IMG/VR virus record: IMGVR_UViG_3300037470_000328
Coordinates: 1 to 39,669 of that record
Source of the DNA: a virus
Taxonomy: Duplodnaviria; Caudoviricetes
Length of the DNA stretch: 39,669 nt
Strand: one strand, 5' to 3'
Below are positions 35,413-39,669 of the stretch, piece by piece (position 1 is the stretch's first letter; each line of letters opens with the position of its first letter). Under the pieces are notes generated by a model. It saw nothing but the letters and a program-made list of their open reading frames with translations. It was not told the origin of the DNA and searched no databases. A program made the position numbers and the translations under genes.

Positions 35413-36026
35413 ACCCGGACAAAATCACCATGGACGCGGACCAGGCGCAACGCAAAATGGAGGCGGCGCTACGCGAACGCCACGCCGACGCGCTCGAATT
35501 CCACCAGGCGTGCGCCGCCGCCTATCAACACCTGGCCAACGGCCGCCAGTTGCTCAGCCTGTCCGCAGCCATTCGCGCCGGCGGCATTGGCGCCGACGGC
35601 CGGCCGCGCTTTGCCGTAGCCCGCGCCGATCGCCCCCAGGTTTACCTTGAATGGCGCCGCAATAATCCCATCGTGCACTACTGCGCGGAAACCCAGCCGA
35701 CGGCCTGGCACGCCGGCCGCTTCGCCAGCCTGAACCGCTTTGTCGACTTGCGGCAAACCTTCGACGACGCCCGGCGCTCTCTGCGCACCGGTTACGCACG
35801 CGTGCCGGCAGTTCCGGCTGACGTGCGGCCGGCCGTCGGCCAGCTGCGCGACTGGTTCATATTGTGGGAAGTCGACGAATGGGCCGACCGTTCGCACCTT
35901 GCGCCGCCGCCGCGCGACCCGTTCCTGCTCGAACCGATCGGCGGCGATTTGTACGCCATCCTGGCGCATTGGGAGTTAACCGACCTTGAGCGCGCCATCA
36001 TGGACAGCCTCAACCGGCCAAACTAA
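35409..36026 (+). CDS. Conserved phage hypothetical protein
   Basis: GGAG RBS; A.VP.VP...RP, ILWE...W, DP.LL..IG.DLY..LA.W.LT.LERA. Confidence 0.7.
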   Translation: MNPDKITMDADQAQRKMEAALRERHADALEFHQACAAAYQHLANGRQLLSLSAAIRAGGIGADGRPRFAVARADRPQVYLEWRRNNPIVHYCAETQPTAWHAGRFASLNRFVDLRQTFDDARRSLRTGYARVPAVPADVRPAVGQLRDWFILWEVDEWADRSHLAPPPRDPFLLEPIGGDLYAILAHWELTDLERAIMDSLNRPN

Positions 36027-36568
36027 TGGCGATTGGCGGCCACCATTCCGCCCGCGCCGGCACCGACGAATGGCTCACGCCGCGGCGGCTGGTGCGGATT
36101 CTCGGGCCATTCGACCTCGACCCGTGCGCGGCACCCGAGCCACGACCCTGGCCCACCGCGCTGGCGCATTACACCCGCGCCGACAATGGCCTGACACGGC
36201 CCTGGCGCGGGCACGTATGGCTGAACCCGCCCTACGGCGGCGAGGTCGGCGCCTGGCTTGACCGCCTGGCCGACCATGGCGACGGCTTGGCGCTGGTGTT
36301 CGCGCGCACCGAGACGACCGCCTGGCAGCGGCACGTATGGCCGCGCGCCGACGCCGTGCTGTTTTTGGCCGGCCGCCTGACTTTTCACCACGCCGACGGC
36401 CGCCTGGCGCCGCACAACGCCGGCGGCCCGTCGGCGCTGATCGCCTACGGCTCGCGCGCTTATCACACCCTCATTGAAGCCCACAAAGCCCACAGCCGCG
36501 GCTACCTGGCCGGCGCTTTCGTGTTCGGCTGGTTACATCCCGACCACCAGCTCGACCGCCTGGCCTGA
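36026..36568 (+). CDS. Phage DNA N6-adenine methyltransferase (Dam-like family)
   Basis: DEWLTP, FDLDPCA, NGL...W.G.VWLNPPYG, LVFART.T, FL.GRL.F. Confidence 0.9.
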   Translation: MAIGGHHSARAGTDEWLTPRRLVRILGPFDLDPCAAPEPRPWPTALAHYTRADNGLTRPWRGHVWLNPPYGGEVGAWLDRLADHGDGLALVFARTETTAWQRHVWPRADAVLFLAGRLTFHHADGRLAPHNAGGPSALIAYGSRAYHTLIEAHKAHSRGYLAGAFVFGWLHPDHQLDRLA

Positions 36569-36595
36569 TTTGCGACGAAACGAATAAACGGCCCG

Positions 36596-36658
36596 AAATA
36601 ATGCTTGCTTTCTACCTACGATGTAGGTACTATGAACCTAACAGAAACGCAGCAACCA
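36596..36658 (+). promoter_or_regulatory. Early promoter copy 1 with palindromic operator
   Basis: TTGCTT (36605-36610), 17 nt, TACTAT (36628-36633); TACCTAC-gat-GTAGGTA at 36613-36629; 60/63 identical to 37878-37940. Confidence 0.85.
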
Positions 36659-36672
36659 CGGAACCCGAGACC

Positions 36673-37146
36673 ATGACCAGCAACCACGCCGCCGCCGCCA
36701 AGATGATCCGCCAGCAGCTCAAAGCCCACGGCATAGCCGCCACCGTCCGCACCAAATCCTACAGCGGCGGCAGCTCGATTACCGTTAGCGTACAGGACCA
36801 AGCGCCCTGGACCGTCAAAGCCATTGAAGCCTACGCCCGCCAGTTTCAGCGCGGCCACTTCGACGGCATGACCGACTGCTACGAATACAGCAACCGCCGC
36901 GACGATCTGCCCCAGGTCACGTTCGTATTCGTGCAAAACGAATTCAGCCCGGCTACCTACCAGGCGGCCTGGGATTACCTGCGCGGCTACATGCTCGGCT
37001 TCGACAAACTGCCGGCCGACTACGCCGAAGCCGCTCAGCTGCGCATCCGCTGGACCAACGACCGGGTCGTCGACGAAGTGCACCGCGCCCTGGTCGGCCG
37101 CCTTGGCAAGTTCTGGCCGAAACCCCACCTGCGGCTGGCGTCCTGA
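36673..37146 (+). CDS. LPD29-like domain protein
   Basis: AK.IR..LK.....VR..SYSGGSSI.V...D...G.FDGM.D.YEY pattern of large-polyvalent-protein-associated domain 29. Confidence 0.75.
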   Translation: MTSNHAAAAKMIRQQLKAHGIAATVRTKSYSGGSSITVSVQDQAPWTVKAIEAYARQFQRGHFDGMTDCYEYSNRRDDLPQVTFVFVQNEFSPATYQAAWDYLRGYMLGFDKLPADYAEAAQLRIRWTNDRVVDEVHRALVGRLGKFWPKPHLRLAS

Positions 37147-37172
37147 CGCCAGCCCCCATTAAGGAGCACACC

Positions 37173-37433
37173 ATGAGCCACCGCCCCTACTTCAATGAGC
37201 GCGAATGTTCCCGCACCTACCGCGAAGCGCGCGACCTGATCGGCCTGCACCTGCGCGACATTAAGCTCGGGCTCGCCGAATTCCACAAACGCGCGGGCCC
37301 CTCCGCCGGCGACGAATTCGACTGGACCTCGGCCGGATCCCTGCAACACTTCGAAGCACAGCTGCGCGCGATTGCCGACGAGATTTGCCGCCGCGGCGAA
37401 TACGCGCCCGAAACCATGGAGACGAGCCGGTGA
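37173..37433 (+). CDS. Small hypothetical early protein
   Basis: TAAGGAG RBS; 86 aa. Confidence 0.7.
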   Translation: MSHRPYFNERECSRTYREARDLIGLHLRDIKLGLAEFHKRAGPSAGDEFDWTSAGSLQHFEAQLRAIADEICRRGEYAPETMETSR

Positions 37434-37690
37434 CCGCCATTTACACCTACCGGGCCCACCAGGCGTTCACGGTAACAAAGAAAAAGCCGCCGCACCCCTC
37501 GAGGATGATTCCGGGCGCCCTGTATTTTTCCGACGATGTGCCGCACACCGTCCAGACCGGCGACCTGATCCGCATTGACGCCGGCGGCTATTGGATCCTG
37601 GCGCCCGGCCAGGCGCGCGTCCAGATCACCGCCTGCCGCGAGAACCTGGCGGCCATCCGCGCCCATTCGGCGATTTTTTGCCCCTGCTAA
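37430..37690 (+). CDS. Small hypothetical early protein
   Basis: GTGA overlap and GGAG RBS; stop overlaps the next ATG. Confidence 0.6.
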   Translation: MTAIYTYRAHQAFTVTKKKPPHPSRMIPGALYFSDDVPHTVQTGDLIRIDAGGYWILAPGQARVQITACRENLAAIRAHSAIFCPC

Positions 37691-37878
37691 TGAGCCGCTG
37701 CCAACATGCCAAAGCCCTGGCGCGCCGCAATGAAGCGGACCTGGTGAGCGCCTATTGCCCCGATTGCGGCCTGTGTTGGTCCGGCTGGCGCCATCCCTGG
37801 CGCACCCTTCGCGGCCGCCTTCGCCAGCCGCCGCGATGGGTCCTGCGGGTTTGCGACGAAGCGAAGGCCAAACCCTAA
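37690..37878 (+). CDS. Small Cys/Trp-rich early protein
   Basis: TAATG overlap; CQH...YCPDCG..W. Confidence 0.55.
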   Translation: MSRCQHAKALARRNEADLVSAYCPDCGLCWSGWRHPWRTLRGRLRQPPRWVLRVCDEAKAKP

Positions 37879-37940
37879 AATAATGCTTGCTTGTTACCTA
37901 CGATGTAGGTACTATGAACCTAACAGAAACGCAGCCACCA
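37878..37940 (+). promoter_or_regulatory. Early promoter copy 2 with palindromic operator
   Basis: TTGCTT (37887-37892), 17 nt, TACTAT (37910-37915); TACCTAC-gat-GTAGGTA at 37895-37911. Confidence 0.85.
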
Positions 37941-37957
37941 AAACACAGGAGCGCACC

Positions 37958-38173
37958 ATGAGCTACAGCCACCAGGTCAACTACTCGAAGCGGATTATCA
38001 ACGGCATTCTGGCCGGCAAGCTCTATCACACGCACCTGCGGTTCTGCTCCCTGGCCGACGCCCGCCGCTTTGTCGCCAACGCCAAAACCGGCCGCGTGTT
38101 CAAAGCCTGCGCCGGCGTCGGCGACTACCGCATCGAGGACGCGCAAATCATCGACCTGGCCGACTTCGCATAA
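37958..38173 (+). CDS. Small hypothetical early protein (71 aa)
   Basis: AGGAG RBS directly after promoter 2. Confidence 0.7.
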   Translation: MSYSHQVNYSKRIINGILAGKLYHTHLRFCSLADARRFVANAKTGRVFKACAGVGDYRIEDAQIIDLADFA

Positions 38174-38183
38174 GGAGCACACC

Positions 38184-38387
38184 ATGAAAATCGACCGCCT
38201 CACCAACGACCACCGCAACAGCCTGCGCGACGCCGCTTTCAGCGTCGGCGACCAGATACACCGCCTGACCGAACTGATTAACGAATTGACCGAAGCCGGC
38301 CTGCACCAGGAAGCCGGCCAGGTGCGCGCTTTGCGCGACGACCTCGACAACGCCCGCAACCTGCACGCCCTTTGGCGCGTGCTGTAA
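38184..38387 (+). CDS. Small helical early protein (67 aa)
   Basis: TAAGGAG RBS; MKIDRLTND... Confidence 0.7.
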   Translation: MKIDRLTNDHRNSLRDAAFSVGDQIHRLTELINELTEAGLHQEAGQVRALRDDLDNARNLHALWRVL

Positions 38388-38397
38388 GGAACCCACC

Positions 38398-38736
38398 ATG
38401 ACCAACGCACAGCAAGAACTCCGCGACCACTTCATCCGCAGCTGGGAGGCTCGCGCGCTCGACCTCGGCGACCTGGCCCACAGCCGCGCGGCCCTGCAAG
38501 AAATTCGCGCCATGCAAAAGCGCCTGCAGGTGATAATCCGCCAGGCTGCCGACAAGCTGTACGGCAACACGACGCCGCCCGCCGGCAGCTTCGAGCCCGT
38601 CCAGGTCGGCTCCCGTTGGCGCTTGCGCCAGTACGTCGCCGACGGCCCCAACATTCTGCACGACGGCGCGGTGTTTCGTTCCAAGCGCCGCGCGCAAGAA
38701 TGGGCCGACCGCTTAAACCAGGCCGCCGGCCTCTGA
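38398..38736 (+). CDS. Hypothetical early protein (112 aa)
   Basis: TAAGGA RBS; C-terminal F.SKR.A..WA..LN. Confidence 0.7.
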   Translation: MTNAQQELRDHFIRSWEARALDLGDLAHSRAALQEIRAMQKRLQVIIRQAADKLYGNTTPPAGSFEPVQVGSRWRLRQYVADGPNILHDGAVFRSKRRAQEWADRLNQAAGL

Positions 38737-38762
38737 CCTTCTCGCCGCCACCCGCGGACCGG

Positions 38763-38784
38763 CCCGGCGCCCCAGGGCGCCGGG
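38763..38784 (+). other. GC-rich intergenic hairpin without U-tract
   Basis: CCCGGCGCC-ccag-GGCGCCGGG, extendable by flanking CCGG/CCGG. Confidence 0.6.
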
Positions 38785-38810
38785 ATCCGGCCAAACCACA
38801 GGAGCCCACC

Positions 38811-39176
38811 ATGATTGTCAACATCCGCCTCGAAATCAACGACCCCGACCGCAACCGGCTGGCCCGCTTGAACACCCCCACGCAGCAAGCCCGCCTGGCA
38901 ACCCGGCGGGAAGTCGCCGACTTGGCCGCCGGCGCCGTCGCAGCCCTGGCTGCGCTCGACGATGCGGCCCTGGACACGGCCGCCTGCGAGGTCGAATTCG
39001 AGCACACCGAACGCGGCCCCGTAACCATCCACAGCGGCCTCCACCGGCGCGGGCCGAACTTTTGCGAGCTGATCGCGCGGGCCAGGCGCGAAGATCCCGA
39101 CGCCCTGGCCGGCAAGTCGGACGGCTTCGTGCTCGGCTGGTCCAAGGTCAAGTACCGCCAGGAATTCACACGATGA
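38811..39176 (+). CDS. Hypothetical early protein (121 aa)
   Basis: AGGAG RBS; MIVNIRLEIND... Confidence 0.7.
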   Translation: MIVNIRLEINDPDRNRLARLNTPTQQARLATRREVADLAAGAVAALAALDDAALDTAACEVEFEHTERGPVTIHSGLHRRGPNFCELIARARREDPDALAGKSDGFVLGWSKVKYRQEFTR

Positions 39177-39358
39177 GCCGCCCCGACGTGCGCGCCTTGA
39201 TCCAGGCCCGGCGCCGCGAATGCGGCCTCGGCCTGGCCGGCAGCTGCGAAGCCATCGCGCGCTGGCTGTTCCGCTGCCACGGTATCGTCACCTCGCCGGC
39301 GTTCGTCGCCGACGTGCTCGCGGCCGCGCGCCGCCAGGAGGCACAATGCAGCCGCTAA
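39173..39358 (+). CDS. Small hypothetical protein, possibly HTH-like
   Basis: ATGA overlap; I...R..G....S.E.IA.WL...HGI..S...V. Confidence 0.55.
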   Translation: MSRPDVRALIQARRRECGLGLAGSCEAIARWLFRCHGIVTSPAFVADVLAAARRQEAQCSR

Positions 39359-39669
39359 TGCCCGCCACCATTCAGCGCCCGCCGGTGCGCGAATTCATCG
39401 CCGCCTGCATGGCCCATGGCTTGACCCGAGCCCAAGCCAAAGCCGCCTACAATCGCGACCACGGCCAATGCTGGAAAAACAGCCGCTATACGGTGCTGGT
39501 GATTCAGCCGGAAGCCGCGCGCGAATTCGTGGTGCCGGCCGGCGCGGTTTGGTTGTCGATTCGGCGCAATGACCGCGAGCCGATCATGGACTGGCGCGAC
39601 CTGCAAGCCATCAAAAACCAGCTGGTCGGCTGCGAATGCGAGGCGGTGCAGCTGTTCCCCGCCGAGTCG
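39346..39669 (+). CDS. 5' part of the join-spanning hypothetical protein (continues to 274)
   Basis: AGGAGG RBS; MQPLMPATIQ...WKNSRYTV...; frame is open into the terminal repeat. Confidence 0.8.
   Translation, partial: MQPLMPATIQRPPVREFIAACMAHGLTRAQAKAAYNRDHGQCWKNSRYTVLVIQPEAAREFVVPAGAVWLSIRRNDREPIMDWRDLQAIKNQLVGCECEAVQLFPAES
39543..39669. repeat. Terminal direct repeat, copy 2
   Basis: Identical to 1-127. Confidence 0.95.

Noticed and set aside
36601-36672. Shared N-terminal peptide MLAxYLRCRYYEPNRNAAT on ORFs 36601 and 37883 as a signal or leader peptide
   Set aside because: It is the translation of the repeated promoter. These ATGs lie upstream of the -35 box; the likely starts are 36673 and 37958.
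36596-37940. Palindromic repeats as a CRISPR mini-array
   Set aside because: Only two copies, 1282 bp apart, separated by genes; each matches a sigma70 promoter and no cas genes are present.
39543-39669. Terminal repeat as a biological direct terminal repeat or att site
   Set aside because: It is exactly 127 bp, falls mid-gene and matches an assembler k-mer overlap; a lambda-type terminase and an internal cos argue for cohesive ends elsewhere.

Overview
The window is an apparently complete, circular genome of a GC-rich tailed phage (39,542 bp unique). Bases 39543-39669 repeat bases 1-127 exactly, and one gene runs through that join. The minus strand carries, in order of transcription: a Cro-like HTH gene, a replication initiator with internal iterons, small genes including a catalytic-domain-only tyrosine recombinase, a lysis cassette, a gpZ-like gene, a lambda-like cos site, a PLD-like/TerS-like/ParB-methylase block, lambda-type terminase and portal, a protease-capsid fusion, and a non-contractile tail with a GTA-like tip. 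The plus strand (33351 through the join to 662) carries early genes. These include a DUF2303 pair, a Dam-like methylase, and a run of small genes behind two near-identical sigma70 promoters with a palindromic operator, with an Aca/KorC-like HTH gene near the end of the run. I recognised no CI repressor, full-length integrase, homologous recombinase, tRNA or CRISPR array. Most notable: (1) the operator-controlled early cassette resembling an anti-defence operon, (2) the three-gene block between cos and terS with a second small-terminase-like gene, (3) a J-like tail tip gene split by a ~3 kb multi-gene insert, and (4) two candidate RNA switches. All family names come from motif recognition by eye; no database search was run. 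Many start codons were adjusted from the ORF track using RBS and stop-start overlaps.
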